This document shows, piece after piece, positions 11,140 to 21,658 of a stretch of 64,000 nucleotides of DNA. How positions within the stretch are numbered: the first letter of the stretch is position 1; the number at the start of each line of letters is the position of its first letter. A model generated the notes under the pieces. The model was not told where the DNA came from. It ran no database searches and saw nothing but the letters and a program-made list of their open reading frames with translations. A program made the position numbers and the translations under genes. Source of the stretch: an uncultured Alphaproteobacteria bacterium (GTDB lineage Bacteria > Pseudomonadota > Alphaproteobacteria > Sphingomonadales > Sphingomonadaceae); contig CAWCWP010000003.1 in assembly GCA_963799315.1 (NCBI GenBank), positions 1,828-65,827 of the forward strand, in the 5' to 3' direction.

Positions 11140-11769
11140 ATGACATCACGCGACACATCCGGTCCGGCATCGAATGCCAAGCGCGATGCCATCGTGTCGG
11201 CTGCATCGGACAGCTTCTTTTCCAAAGGCTATGCCGCAACCGCTATCGAGCACGTCGCGGCGGTGGCGGGCGTGTCCAAGGTTACGGTGTACAGCCATTT
11301 CGGCGACAAGCGCGCGCTGTTTACCGCCACGGTGGAGCGCGAATGCGCGAATATACGCGGGTACTTCAACATCGATGCGCTGCCCGAAGGGACGCTGGAA
11401 CAGCGGTTGCAGGCCATCGGCGAAGCGATGATCGCGTTCCTGTCGCGCGACAGGATGACTCAGTTCGAACGCCGCATCGCTCCCGAAACGGTGGAGGAGC
11501 CGGGTATCGGCACGGCCTTTCTCGATGCCGGTCCGCACCGGATGACGGCCGCCTTTGCCGACTGGATTGCGGCCATGTGCGAACGCGGCGAACTGGCGGT
11601 GGACGATGCACCGCTTGCCGCCGAACAGTTCGCTTCCCTGTGCAAGGGGATGGGCGATCTGGAACGGCGCTTCGGCATGCCCAACGATCCAGTGCGCAAT
11701 GCGGAACGTATCGCAGGCGCGGTGCACGTGTTCCTTGCCGCTTACGGCACCGGAGCTGCGCGTCCGTAA
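11140..11769 (+). CDS. TetR/AcrR family regulator
   Basis: HTH IEHVAAVAGVSKVTVYSHFGDK. Confidence 0.93.
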   Translation: MTSRDTSGPASNAKRDAIVSAASDSFFSKGYAATAIEHVAAVAGVSKVTVYSHFGDKRALFTATVERECANIRGYFNIDALPEGTLEQRLQAIGEAMIAFLSRDRMTQFERRIAPETVEEPGIGTAFLDAGPHRMTAAFADWIAAMCERGELAVDDAPLAAEQFASLCKGMGDLERRFGMPNDPVRNAERIAGAVHVFLAAYGTGAARP

Positions 11770-11784
11770 CCGCACAATCGTCAA

Positions 11785-11813
11785 CTTGTCATTCACCCGC
11801 GCGAGCCTACATA
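11785..11813 (+). promoter_or_regulatory. Putative RpoH (sigma32) promoter of ftsH
   Basis: CTTG-N17-CCTACAT upstream of a heat-shock protease gene. Confidence 0.55.
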
Positions 11814-11841
11814 TTGGCGCAAGAGATCAAGGATGCGCGAC

Positions 11842-13818
11842 ATGGACGACCAGAACCGAGGCGACGACAACCCGCAGGGCGAGGGACCGCAGGGGCCCAA
11901 CCCGTGGGTGAAGAGCCTCATGCTGTGGGGCGGCATCTTCATGGCGCTGGTGCTGGTCGCCACGATGTTCGGCAATGCCGGGTCAAGTCCGGGCGCCGAG
12001 GTCGAATATTCCACCTTCCGGGCCAAGGTTGCAGCCGGCGAAGTCGAACAGGTGCAGATCGGGCCGGACAAGATCACTGGTATCTATACCGACAAGACCG
12101 GCTTCACGACCGTGCCCGTTCAGGGCGATACCGAGCTGCCGCGCCTGCTGGAGCAGCAGGACGTGCGCTACACCGGTGCGGCGCGCGAAACGATGAACCC
12201 GTTGCTGCTGATCCTGATCCAGTCGCTGCCGTTCCTGTTGATCCTCGGCATCGCGTTCTTCGCGCTGCGCCAGGTGCAGAAAGGCGGCGGCGCGGGCGGG
12301 GCGATGGGCTTCGGCAAATCGAAGGCCAAGATGCTGACCGAGAAGCAGGGCCGCGTGACGTTCAACGACGTGGCCGGCATCGACGAAGCGCGCGAAGAGC
12401 TGGAGGAAATCGTCGAGTTCCTGAAAGACCCGCAACGCTTCAGCAAGCTGGGCGGACAGATCCCCAAGGGCGCGCTGCTGGTCGGCTCGCCGGGTACCGG
12501 TAAAACCTTGCTGGCGCGCGCCATCGCGGGCGAGGCGGGTGTGCCGTTCTTCACCATTTCCGGCTCCGATTTCGTCGAAATGTTTGTCGGCGTCGGCGCC
12601 AGCCGTGTGCGCGATATGTTCGAGCAGGCGAAGAAAAACGCCCCCTGCATCGTCTTCATCGACGAAATCGACGCGGTTGGCCGCAGCCGCGGTGGCGGCC
12701 TGGGCAATTCCAATGACGAACGCGAGCAGACGCTGAACCAGCTGCTGGTCGAGATGGACGGGTTCGAGGCGAACGAAGGCATCATCATCATCGCCGCCAC
12801 CAACCGTCCCGACGTGCTGGACCCGGCACTGCTGCGTCCAGGCCGGTTCGACCGGCAGGTCGTGGTGCCGATCCCCGATATCGACGGGCGCGAAAAGATC
12901 CTTGCCGTTCACATGAAGAAGGTGCCGCTGGCGCCCGACGTCAACAGCCGCACCATTGCGCGCGGCACGCCCGGTTTCTCCGGCGCGGACCTCGCCAACC
13001 TGGTCAACGAAGCCGCCCTGCTGGCCGCGCGCCGCAACAAGCGGCTGGTGGCGATGCAGGAGTTCGAAGACGCCAAGGACAAGGTCATGATGGGCAGCGA
13101 ACGCCGCAGCATGGTCATGACCGACGACGAGAAAAAGATGACCGCCTATCACGAAGCAGGCCATGCGCTGGTCTCGATCAACGAACCGGCATCCGATCCC
13201 ATCCACAAGGCAACCATCATCCCGCGCGGCCGCGCGCTGGGTATGGTCATGCGCCTGCCCGAACGGGACAATTACTCCTATCATCGTGACAAGATGCATG
13301 CCGACCTTGCCGTCAGCATGGGCGGGCGCGTCGCGGAAGAGCTGATCTTCGGGCATGACAAGGTGTCGAGCGGGGCGTCTTCGGACATCCAGTACGCGAC
13401 CAACCTGGCGCGTAACATGGTCACCAAATGGGGCATGTCGGACAAGCTGGGTCCGCTGCAATATGAGGAGCAGCAGGAAGGCTATCTCGGCATGGGCCAG
13501 TCCGCACGGACGATGGGTTCGGGCGAGACCAACAAGCTGATCGATGCCGAGATCAAGCGGCTGGTCGAAAATGCGCATGAACGTGCGACTGATGTGCTGA
13601 AGACGCAGGAAGACAAGCTGCATTTGCTGGCACAGGCGATGCTGGAATACGAAACGCTTACGGGCGACGAGATCACCGTGCTACTCGACACCGGCAAGAT
13701 CGACCGTCCGGATGAGCCGACTGCCATCGTCAAGGTGAAGCCGGGCGTGGGCTCCGCCATTCCCAAAGCCGGCAAGAAGTTCGGCTCCGGTCCGGGTGCC
13801 GCGCCGCAGGGTGCCTGA
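11842..13818 (+). CDS. ftsH: ATP-dependent zinc metalloprotease FtsH
   Basis: Two TMs, [27 protein letters not shown]. Confidence 0.98.
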   Translation: MDDQNRGDDNPQGEGPQGPNPWVKSLMLWGGIFMALVLVATMFGNAGSSPGAEVEYSTFRAKVAAGEVEQVQIGPDKITGIYTDKTGFTTVPVQGDTELPRLLEQQDVRYTGAARETMNPLLLILIQSLPFLLILGIAFFALRQVQKGGGAGGAMGFGKSKAKMLTEKQGRVTFNDVAGIDEAREELEEIVEFLKDPQRFSKLGGQIPKGALLVGSPGTGKTLLARAIAGEAGVPFFTISGSDFVEMFVGVGASRVRDMFEQAKKNAPCIVFIDEIDAVGRSRGGGLGNSNDEREQTLNQLLVEMDGFEANEGIIIIAATNRPDVLDPALLRPGRFDRQVVVPIPDIDGREKILAVHMKKVPLAPDVNSRTIARGTPGFSGADLANLVNEAALLAARRNKRLVAMQEFEDAKDKVMMGSERRSMVMTDDEKKMTAYHEAGHALVSINEPASDPIHKATIIPRGRALGMVMRLPERDNYSYHRDKMHADLAVSMGGRVAEELIFGHDKVSSGASSDIQYATNLARNMVTKWGMSDKLGPLQYEEQQEGYLGMGQSARTMGSGETNKLIDAEIKRLVENAHERATDVLKTQEDKLHLLAQAMLEYETLTGDEITVLLDTGKIDRPDEPTAIVKVKPGVGSAIPKAGKKFGSGPGAAPQGA

Positions 13819-13836
13819 ACGAAGAAGGATACGATA

Positions 13837-14115
13837 ATGATTGCAATGATTGGCAAGACTGCACTGGCTGCAACCGCACTGCTCGTGTTGGCCGCATGTT
13901 CGGAACAGACGCAGGAAAATGCGGGCGAGACGTTCGACCGGGCCGCTGCCGACACCGAAGAAAATGCCGAGGTTGTCGAAAATGCCGTGCGCGAAGGCGC
14001 TATCGTGGCGGCGGATGGTGTCGGCAAAGGTGCCGACCAGCTCAGCGATGCGCTGAACGGGGACGAGCGGGTCGATCCTGATCAGGGCGACGGCGCGCTC
14101 GACGGCACGGATTGA
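13837..14115 (+). CDS. Small acidic lipoprotein
   Basis: Lipobox LAAC, AAGGA RBS. Confidence 0.75.
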   Translation: MIAMIGKTALAATALLVLAACSEQTQENAGETFDRAAADTEENAEVVENAVREGAIVAADGVGKGADQLSDALNGDERVDPDQGDGALDGTD

Positions 14116-14194
14116 TATTCCCGGACCGTTTCACAAACGATTCACCTGAATTCGCCGACGGGGCAGTCCCCGCATCGACCGTCGGAGTTCTTCC

Positions 14195-14569
14195 ATGCGC
14201 CTTCTTGCCAGCCTGTGCTTCCCGCTCGCGCTGATCGCGACGCCTGCGCTTGCCGGAACCATGAATGCCGACGCATTCTACGCCGTGGCGAAAGAGCTGA
14301 GCGCAAAAGGCATGCGCGCCATGTTCGACAGCCGCACGAAGCCTACGATAAACGCCATGAAAGCCGCCGCCGCCAGTGCAAAGTCGGCCAATGCGACGGC
14401 GGAGAAACGTGGCGCGCCGCTTTATTGCGTCCCCGCAGCGGCGCGCAAGAAGGGCCTCGGTCCGGACCAAGTGGTGACATGGCTGGGCGAAGTTCCCGCG
14501 GCACAGCGCAAGCGCCAGACGCTGTCGCAAACATGGCTCGGCATTCTGGTCGCCAAGTACCCCTGCTGA
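14195..14569 (+). CDS. Secreted hypothetical protein (YC..P and KYPC motifs, Rap1a-like)
   Basis: Signal peptide PALA, GGAG RBS, Cys pair with terminal YPC. Confidence 0.65.
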   Translation: MRLLASLCFPLALIATPALAGTMNADAFYAVAKELSAKGMRAMFDSRTKPTINAMKAAAASAKSANATAEKRGAPLYCVPAAARKKGLGPDQVVTWLGEVPAAQRKRQTLSQTWLGILVAKYPC

Positions 14570-14570
14570 T

Positions 14571-15653
14571 TCAGCTTCCGGCCATCGCAGTCAGCACGAC
14601 GGCAAAGGCGATGATAGCGGCAAGCGCGAAATGCAGCAGCAGGATGGTGCGCCACACCGCACCCAGTTCGCTGGTGCGATAGGTGCCGCGCACATGGCGA
14701 TAGATATGCAGCGGCGGGTAGAACACCAGCAGCAGCACGGCGACCACCGATGCGCCCAGCCAGCTTAAAATGCCCGCAACAGCCACCAGCGCCAGCATGG
14801 TGGCGATGGAATAGGTCACGAAAACCGTGTGGTCGTACATCCGGAACCGGCGGTTGAACGGAAACAGCAGCCACACGAACGGCACGCTGAGCGGGATCAG
14901 CAGCCAGAAGAACTTGTAGGCGTTGGTTTGCAGTTTGTAGAACAGCAGCTGCGGATTGGCGCGCGCCAGTTTCAAAGCTTTGATAAAGGCGTTTTGCGGT
15001 GCGGCGGCGTCCGCGTCCTGCTGTGTTTCAGGACGGTCTTCCGGCTCACCCGTAATCGTGTCTAGAACCGCGCGGCCCTGCTCCAGCTCGGCGAGGCCCT
15101 CGGTCGCTGTCGCTATTTCGTCCGCATCGCCGGTTGCGCGGGCTTCCGCCAGTTCGCTCCGCGCTTCCGCAACCGCCTCGTCCAACGATGCGCGCGCCTC
15201 CGCACCGCCATCCACTTCGATACGCGGCGCGTCGCCCAGCAAGGCTTTTCCTGCGCCCGATATGTTGAACAGCGCGAAGCTTACGAACACCACGAACAGG
15301 AAAAACGCGATGGGGCTGACATACCGTGCGCGTTTGCCGTCGATATAGGCGCGGGTCATTCGCCCCGGATGCCACAGCAGCATCGGCAGGGTGCGCCACA
15401 ACTTGCCTTCGAAATGCACCACGCCATGCAACAGGTCGTGCAGGAAACCGCCAAGGCTGCGATGGACATGCGCAGCCTGTCCGCATGCCGCGCAATACGG
15501 CCCGGTCAGGGTGGCACCGCAATTCAGGCAGGACGCCTCGACTGCGCGCTTTTCCGTCGTCGATGATTGCGGGCCGGACGCTTCGGGTTCGGCGGCGGCA
15601 CCCGCCATCGTGCCGGTGACCAGCCCACTTCCGATTTCCGGCAAATCGCTCAT
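14571..15653 (-). CDS. DUF3667 family membrane protein
   Basis: CLNCG..GPYCAACGQ Zn ribbon, PGRMTRAYIDGKRARYVSP, multiple TMs. Confidence 0.85.
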   Translation of the reverse strand: MSDLPEIGSGLVTGTMAGAAAEPEASGPQSSTTEKRAVEASCLNCGATLTGPYCAACGQAAHVHRSLGGFLHDLLHGVVHFEGKLWRTLPMLLWHPGRMTRAYIDGKRARYVSPIAFFLFVVFVSFALFNISGAGKALLGDAPRIEVDGGAEARASLDEAVAEARSELAEARATGDADEIATATEGLAELEQGRAVLDTITGEPEDRPETQQDADAAAPQNAFIKALKLARANPQLLFYKLQTNAYKFFWLLIPLSVPFVWLLFPFNRRFRMYDHTVFVTYSIATMLALVAVAGILSWLGASVVAVLLLVFYPPLHIYRHVRGTYRTSELGAVWRTILLLHFALAAIIAFAVVLTAMAGS

Positions 15654-15708
15654 GCGCCCTCTCCGTCCAACGGTAGGCATAGCGTTTGTTGCAGGCATCC
15701 GTCGAGCC

Positions 15709-15733
15709 GGAACACTACGGGAACACGGGCGTT
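15709..15733 (+). promoter_or_regulatory. Putative EcfG/sigmaT general-stress promoter
   Basis: GGAAC-N16-CGTT directly upstream of the DUF3072 gene. Confidence 0.65.
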
Positions 15734-15757
15734 AGGTCGGGAAAGGAGATTACCATT

Positions 15758-15991
15758 ATGACTGCCCCGACACCGACCGACACGCCCAAGACCGATCCCG
15801 CCGGCAATGCAGTGAAAGACCCCGACAACTGGACCACGGGAGACGAGAAGATGACCGGCGCGCAGGCCAGCTATCTCAAGACGTTGTGCGAGGAGGCGGG
15901 CAAGGCCGACCAGTACAATACGGACCTGACCAAGGCAGAAGCCAGCAAGATGATCGACGACTTGCAGGAAGAAACCGGACGCGGCCAATAA
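15758..15991 (+). CDS. DUF3072 family protein
   Basis: KDPDNWTTGDEKMTGAQASYLKTL..LTKAEASKMID; AAGGAG RBS. Confidence 0.9.
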   Translation: MTAPTPTDTPKTDPAGNAVKDPDNWTTGDEKMTGAQASYLKTLCEEAGKADQYNTDLTKAEASKMIDDLQEETGRGQ

Positions 15992-16027
15992 CCTGTCCGA
16001 TACAGTAAGCTGTCCGACCCTGAAACG

Positions 16028-16058
16028 AAAAAGGCCGCCCCGATGGAGCGGCCTTTTT
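16028..16058. terminator. Bidirectional intrinsic terminator
   Basis: AAAAAGGCCGC..GCGGCCTTTTT between convergent genes. Confidence 0.85.
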
Positions 16059-16079
16059 CATGTCGGCAGGTAACGCTTA

Positions 16080-16424
16080 TCAACCGTCGTAATCGGAGCC
16101 GATCGAGGTCGAACGTGCCGGGGCGGACGCGGTGATGCGCAGGGCCTCTGCAGACTGGCTAAGCGAGGCAATTTCATCCGCTTCGTCTTCGTCGTCTGGC
16201 AGAATTTTCTGCAAATTGGTGACGACTGCTTCGTGCAGTTCCTTTGGCTTCACCGTCTGCTCGGCAATTTCGCGCAGGGCGATAACGGGGTTCTTGTCGC
16301 GGTCCTTCTCGACCGTCATTTCGGCACCGCCCGAAATTTCGCGCGCACGCTGTGCGGCGAGCAGGACGAGGTCGAAACGGTTGGGAACCTTGTCGACGCA
16401 ATCTTCGACGGTAACGCGTGCCAT
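16080..16424 (-). CDS. rpoZ: RNA polymerase omega subunit
   Basis: [28 protein letters not shown]. Confidence 0.98.
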   Translation of the reverse strand: MARVTVEDCVDKVPNRFDLVLLAAQRAREISGGAEMTVEKDRDKNPVIALREIAEQTVKPKELHEAVVTNLQKILPDDEDEADEIASLSQSAEALRITASAPARSTSIGSDYDG

Positions 16425-16523
16425 GAAGCACTCCGATCAATGCAGAAATTTTCGTGAAGACGGCTAGCTATGCGCGAGGGGTGCCGGAGTCAAGGTTTTG
16501 CAGAGCCTTGGGGCGGCTTTGCG

Positions 16524-18053
16524 TCAATCGTAGCCCCACTCCGAATAATCCTTTTTGCTGGGCGAGGTAAATTTAGTGATCTCGGCCTGGAAGTGCAGCG
16601 GCACGTTACCGGTGGAGCCGTGCCGCTGCTTCGCCACGATCAGCGTCGCGCGGTTTTTCAGCTCCAGATAGCGATCCTCCCACACGCGGTATTTCTCCTG
16701 ATCGGCCTCGCTGCTGGAATCGGTCGGTGGATCGGGGCGCATCGCCTCGTGGTAATAATCGGCGCGGAAAATGAACCACACCATGTCGGCATCCTGCTCG
16801 ATCGAGCCCGATTCGCGCAGGTCGGACAGCATCGGGCGCTTGTCCTCGCGCTGCTCCACCGCACGGCTCAGCTGCGACAGCGCGATCACCGGCACGCTCA
16901 GCTCCTTCGCCAGCGTTTTCAGGCCCCGGCTGATTTCCGATATTTCGTTCACGCGGTTGTCGTTGGCGCGGCCCGATCCCTGCAAGAGCTGGAGGTAATC
17001 GACCACGATCAGGCCGATATCGTGCCGCCGCTTCAACCGCCGCGCCCGCGTGCGCAGCGCGCCGATGGTGAGGGCGGGGGTATCGTCGATATAGAGCGGC
17101 AGCTCGGCAAGGCGCTGGCTGGCGCGCGACAGGTTCTGGAAGGCGTCGTTGGTGATGTTCTTGCCCGAGCGCAGGTCTTCGCTGCTGATCTTGGCCTGTT
17201 CGGCCAGGATGCGGGTCGCAAGCTGGTCGGCGCTCATCTCCAGGCTGAAGAACGCGACCGGCGCGCCGTAATTGAATTCGCCCCCGTCGCGTTGCCAGTT
17301 CAGATGTTCCTCGGCGCAGTTGAACGCGATATTCGTGGCGAGCGAGGTCTTCCCCATGCCGGGGCGTCCGGCGAGGATGATAAGGTCGGAGGCGTGCAGG
17401 CCGGCGGTCTTGTCGTCGATTGAATCCAGGCCCGAAGTCTTGCCGGACAGGCCGCCGCCGGAATTCATCGCGGCCTCGACCATCTTGATCGCGGTGAGCG
17501 AGGCGTCCTTGAAACTGGCGACTTCGGCCCCGGCCATCGTGCCTTCGCTGACTTCCATCAGCGCCTTTTCCGCTTCCTCCACCTGGATGCTGGGGTCTAC
17601 GTCCTGCGAGGTATCGAGCGCGCCCTCGACCAGATGTCGACCCACGCTGACCAGTTCGCGCAGCAGCGCGAGATCGTAGATCTGGCGGCTCAATTCACGC
17701 GGGGCGAGCAGGCCCTGTCCGTCGGCGGTAAGGCGGGCCAGGTAACTGACGCCGCCCAGCGCTTTCAGCGCCTCGTCGCTGTCGAAATAGGGTTTCAGCG
17801 TGACCGGCGTGACCACCGCATTGCGGTCCACCAGCGTCAGGATGCGGTCGTAGATGCGCTGGTGCACTGGTTCGAAGAAATGTTCGGGCCGGATGGCGAG
17901 TGGCAGCTCTTCGATCACGCGGTTGTCGATCAGCACCGCACCCAGAAACGCGGCCTCGGCCTCGATATTGTTCGGCAGCGTCGTGGCTGCGCCATCGCCA
18001 TCGTCGGAAGCGGTATCGGGGCGGGTCATCGTGTCGGTATCGGCCATCGCCAT
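16524..18053 (-). CDS. dnaB: Replicative DNA helicase
   Basis: PNNIEAE, GRPGMGKT, SLEM, VDYLQL, SDLRESGSIEQDAD, KQRHG; exact start uncertain. Confidence 0.97.
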   Translation of the reverse strand: MAMADTDTMTRPDTASDDGDGAATTLPNNIEAEAAFLGAVLIDNRVIEELPLAIRPEHFFEPVHQRIYDRILTLVDRNAVVTPVTLKPYFDSDEALKALGGVSYLARLTADGQGLLAPRELSRQIYDLALLRELVSVGRHLVEGALDTSQDVDPSIQVEEAEKALMEVSEGTMAGAEVASFKDASLTAIKMVEAAMNSGGGLSGKTSGLDSIDDKTAGLHASDLIILAGRPGMGKTSLATNIAFNCAEEHLNWQRDGGEFNYGAPVAFFSLEMSADQLATRILAEQAKISSEDLRSGKNITNDAFQNLSRASQRLAELPLYIDDTPALTIGALRTRARRLKRRHDIGLIVVDYLQLLQGSGRANDNRVNEISEISRGLKTLAKELSVPVIALSQLSRAVEQREDKRPMLSDLRESGSIEQDADMVWFIFRADYYHEAMRPDPPTDSSSEADQEKYRVWEDRYLELKNRATLIVAKQRHGSTGNVPLHFQAEITKFTSPSKKDYSEWGYD

Positions 18054-18181
18054 GTCTTTCGACGGGGGAGGGGGGGAGGGCAAGGCCGCTCTTGCCGAAC
18101 CCGTGGGCAACTCCGGTAAAACTCGCCGGTTTGCCTCGAAACGCTTGCCGACACCCGCCCCCTTTGCGAAACGCTGGCACG

Positions 18182-18688
18182 ATGTCCGCGCCCGATCCCA
18201 CACAGAATTACCGAATCGCGGGTGTCACGCTGGATGACGAGACGATCCTGTGGCGCAATGCCGATATCGAACAGGAACGCCGCGTCGCGATTTACGACCT
18301 GATCGAGGACAACACGTTCAAGCCGCTGCGCGCCGTGGCGAAGGGGCATCACGGGCCATATGCGCTGCATCTGGCGGTGATCGACGGGCGGCTGGCGCTG
18401 ACCATTGCCTCCGATGGGGCGGACGGCGATCCGCTCGACACGCTTGTGCTGGGTATGGCGCGGTTCCGGCGGCCTATCCGGGACTACTTCGCGATTTGCG
18501 ATTCGTATTACCAGGCAATCCGCAAGGCGACACCGGCGGAAATCGAGACGATCGACATGGCGCGGCGCGGTATCCACAACACGGCGGCGGAATTGCTGAT
18601 GGAACGGCTGGCGGGCAAGATCGAAACCGATTTCGCCACGGCGCGGCGGTTGTTCACGCTCATCTGCGTGCTGCATATCAAGGGTTGA
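18182..18688 (+). CDS. UPF0262 family protein
   Basis: EQERRVAIYDL, DYFAICDSYYQAI, IDMARRGIHN, ARRLFTLICVL. Confidence 0.9.
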   Translation: MSAPDPTQNYRIAGVTLDDETILWRNADIEQERRVAIYDLIEDNTFKPLRAVAKGHHGPYALHLAVIDGRLALTIASDGADGDPLDTLVLGMARFRRPIRDYFAICDSYYQAIRKATPAEIETIDMARRGIHNTAAELLMERLAGKIETDFATARRLFTLICVLHIKG

Positions 18689-18705
18689 AGGCGGGGGGCT
18701 GACAG

Positions 18706-19413
18706 GTGGGACGCAAGGCAAATCCGCGCCGGGCCTGGTTGTGGCGTATTGCGGCGGCGCTGTTGCTCGCGGCGCTGCTGGCGGGCGGCTGGCTATGGTG
18801 GGACGTACAGCACTGGACGCCGCCGCAAAGCGAATATCCCGACCAGGGTGTGCTGGTGGGCGGCAATAGCGGCACGGTGCAGTTCGCTGCGCTGGCCGCG
18901 CAGGGCGCAGGGTTTGCCTATATCGAAGCCAGCGGCGGCGAGGCCCGGCGCAACACTGCGTTCACGGCACAGCGCAAGCAGGCGATGGCGGCAGGTCTGC
19001 AAGTGGGCGCGGTTCACCGGTTCGACCCGTGCCGTCCGGCGGACAGTCAATCCGCCAATTTCGTCACCTCGGTGCCGCGCAGCACGGATATGCTGCCGCC
19101 CGCGCTCGCGCTGGAGATGATGCCGCAAGCTTGCGAAGGCGATGACGTGAGCGATGCAATGGTGCAGAGCGAGCTAATGACTCTTGCTAACCAGATGGAA
19201 ATCCATGCGGAACGTCCGGTGATCCTGAAGATAGCGCCGGAATTCGCCCGCCGTTACCCTTTCGCCGCGCGGATCGAGCGCAGCCTGTGGGTCACGCGCA
19301 CCCGGCTTGCGCCGACATATGCTGGCCGACCTTGGCTGTTGTGGACCGCGAACGAAGCACTGGCGACCGATGCGGCCGAGGCTCCGGTCGGCTGGGTAGT
19401 GGTACAGCCATGA
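18706..19413 (+). CDS. Membrane-anchored GH25 (muramidase)-like protein
   Basis: N-terminal TM, FAYIEASGG, VGAVHRF, LPPALALE. Confidence 0.75.
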   Translation: MGRKANPRRAWLWRIAAALLLAALLAGGWLWWDVQHWTPPQSEYPDQGVLVGGNSGTVQFAALAAQGAGFAYIEASGGEARRNTAFTAQRKQAMAAGLQVGAVHRFDPCRPADSQSANFVTSVPRSTDMLPPALALEMMPQACEGDDVSDAMVQSELMTLANQMEIHAERPVILKIAPEFARRYPFAARIERSLWVTRTRLAPTYAGRPWLLWTANEALATDAAEAPVGWVVVQP

Positions 19414-19820
19414 GCTTCGACGAACAAGCGCTCTGCGACGCCGCTCGCGATGCCGCAGCACACAGCTATTCGCCCTATTCCGGCTTCCCGGTCGGCGCGG
19501 CGCTTGCCTTCGCCGATGGTTCGGTCGTGACCGGCACCAATATCGAGAATGCGAGCTACGGCATGACGCTATGCGCCGAAACCGTGGCGGTTGCGAAGGC
19601 GATGGGCGATGGCGTGCGCGGCGGACTTGTCGGTGTTGCGGTGTATGGCGCGAAGACCGATGTGCCGATCACCCCGTGCGGTCGTTGCCGACAGGTGTTG
19701 TCCGAACTGGCGCAACTGGGCGGAACCGACCCGTCGGTCCTGTGCATCGGCCCCGACAGCACCGAACGCGTGCTGTTGAGCGACCTGCTGCCCAAGGCGT
19801 TCGGACCCGCCAGCCTTTAG
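19410..19820 (+). CDS. cdd: Cytidine deaminase
   Basis: YSPYSGFPVGAAL, NIENASYG..CAE, PCGRCRQ. Confidence 0.95.
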   Translation: MSFDEQALCDAARDAAAHSYSPYSGFPVGAALAFADGSVVTGTNIENASYGMTLCAETVAVAKAMGDGVRGGLVGVAVYGAKTDVPITPCGRCRQVLSELAQLGGTDPSVLCIGPDSTERVLLSDLLPKAFGPASL

Positions 19821-19831
19821 GCGTCCTTCGT

Positions 19832-20992
19832 TCAATAGGCTGTTTCAAGCCATTCGAGCAACGCACCCATGCAATCCTCGCCCAGTTGCATGCAGCGTTC
19901 GGGGGACCAGTTTTGCGCTGCATCGGGGCAGTCGTTATGGTCCTTATAGGGCATTTCCAGTGTCATCGCGGTGGCCTTGAACCGGTGTGCGATTTGCGTG
20001 GTGGACATCGACAGGTTCGCTTTGCCCGCCGCCGCTTTCGGGTACCCTTTTTCCGTCTGGAAATCGGGCGTCCGCCGTTCGAGCAATGTCTCGTAGCGAT
20101 TGTAACCCGCCAGATGCGCGTCGGTCAGGTCGGGAATGCCTTCGTACCCCGCAAGGAATACCGCCGGGATTGCCTCGTCGCCATGCACATCCATGCAGAA
20201 ATCGACGCCGGTGGCATCCATCGCATTGCGGATGCCCAGCACTTCAGGCGAGCGTTCCGCCGTCGGTTCCGCCCATTCCCGGTTGAGGTTCGCGCCGACC
20301 GCATTGGTGCGCAAATGGCCCATGCGCGATCCGTCCGGATTGCAGTTGGGCACGACGTGGAACGTGCATTGCCGCCGCAGGGCGCGGGCGACGGAATTGG
20401 CCGGATCGGTCATCGCCGCCAGCATCCCTTCCATCCACCATTCGGCTTGCGTTTCGCCCGGATGCTGGCGCGCGATCAACCAGACCTGCTTTTCGCCCTC
20501 GCCGAAGGTCAGGTAATCAATCGGTTGGCCCTCGCTGGTCGTCGCCAGCGTGCGGTGCAAGACACCTTCCGCGCTGGCCGTTTCCGATACCAGATCATGA
20601 TGCCTTTCCATCGAATACGGCGCGAAATAGGCGAACCAGGCGATGTCGCTGGCGGCGGTGTAGCGGATGGTCAGCGTGCCGCCATCGGCATTCTTGTCAT
20701 ACGAACTGTCGGCCACGCCCCAGAAATCGCGATCCTCGCTAACGCGGCAATTATAGTCGGGCCAGCCACCGGGATAGGCAGAGTTTTCCAACCCGGTCAG
20801 CGTCAGTTCGACCGTTCGCCCCGCCATGCCGGAGACGCGGAAATGGAACCACTGCGCAAATTCCGCTTTCGCATCGGGGCGAACGGCCAATCGGGCGGTC
20901 GCGCCGTCTGTCGCCACAACCTCGATATTGCCGCCGTCGAAGGCGGCGTTGATGGCGATATCTGTAGCCTGCTCATTCATTGTATTGCTCAT
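19832..20992 (-). CDS. M14 family zinc carboxypeptidase (cytosolic type)
   Basis: FDGGNI, QWFHF, ARQHPGE, NPDG, NLNREW, DVHGDE. Confidence 0.92.
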   Translation of the reverse strand: MSNTMNEQATDIAINAAFDGGNIEVVATDGATARLAVRPDAKAEFAQWFHFRVSGMAGRTVELTLTGLENSAYPGGWPDYNCRVSEDRDFWGVADSSYDKNADGGTLTIRYTAASDIAWFAYFAPYSMERHHDLVSETASAEGVLHRTLATTSEGQPIDYLTFGEGEKQVWLIARQHPGETQAEWWMEGMLAAMTDPANSVARALRRQCTFHVVPNCNPDGSRMGHLRTNAVGANLNREWAEPTAERSPEVLGIRNAMDATGVDFCMDVHGDEAIPAVFLAGYEGIPDLTDAHLAGYNRYETLLERRTPDFQTEKGYPKAAAGKANLSMSTTQIAHRFKATAMTLEMPYKDHNDCPDAAQNWSPERCMQLGEDCMGALLEWLETAY

Positions 20993-21589
20993 TGCGCATC
21001 CACCTGAATCGTCTCGCCATTGTTACCCGGAAAACCGGCGAACAATGCATTTGCCAGCGCCTGCGCATTTGCCGCCGGATTGGCTAGTTCGGAATTCGTG
21101 CTGGTTTCAAGTTCGGCGCGCCCTTCCCATAATGTCGCCCCGCCGACATCGATTATACGCACCGACATTTCGGTTACTTCGCGCGGTTTTGCGCCACCGC
21201 CGAGATTTATGCCGACGCCAAGGCCCACCCCGGATCCGAAGGTACCCGTTCCACCACCCACTCCGACGCTTACCGGCGAACGCCGTCCGGCGCTGTCGAC
21301 CCGGTATCGATTTACACGCACGACCGCCAACTTCTGCTGTACCGGTGTCGGAACTGGCTGATATTCGATCCGGGCCAATTCGGCCCTGACCGCATTTCGA
21401 TAAAGGCTCGTGCCGACAACAGTGTCGTCGGTCGCACTTTCATCGACCGTTATGGATTCCCCTCATCAACGAAGTCGTATCATCCGCGACAAAACGCGTA
21501 ACCTCCACCGGGCCGGTATAGGGTGTGGCGCACGCGGCGAGGGGCAGAGCCGTTGCGGCAAGGATTAGTGTTTTCATTGTGTTTGTCAT
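20989..21589 (-). CDS. DUF4136-like lipoprotein (frameshift near 21440, likely assembly error)
   Basis: LAAC lipobox in ORF 21440-21730; [21 protein letters not shown] in ORF 20989-21378. Confidence 0.7.
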
Positions 21590-21658
21590 GTAGCTGCAAC
21601 GCCCGACACGCCATGCGGTTGCACGCTGCCATCCAGACGGGAAATACAGGAAGATAAT

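Noticed and set aside
18064-18085. G-quadruplex upstream of dnaB
   Set aside because: G-runs are present but homopolymer lengths are unreliable in this assembly and nothing else supports function
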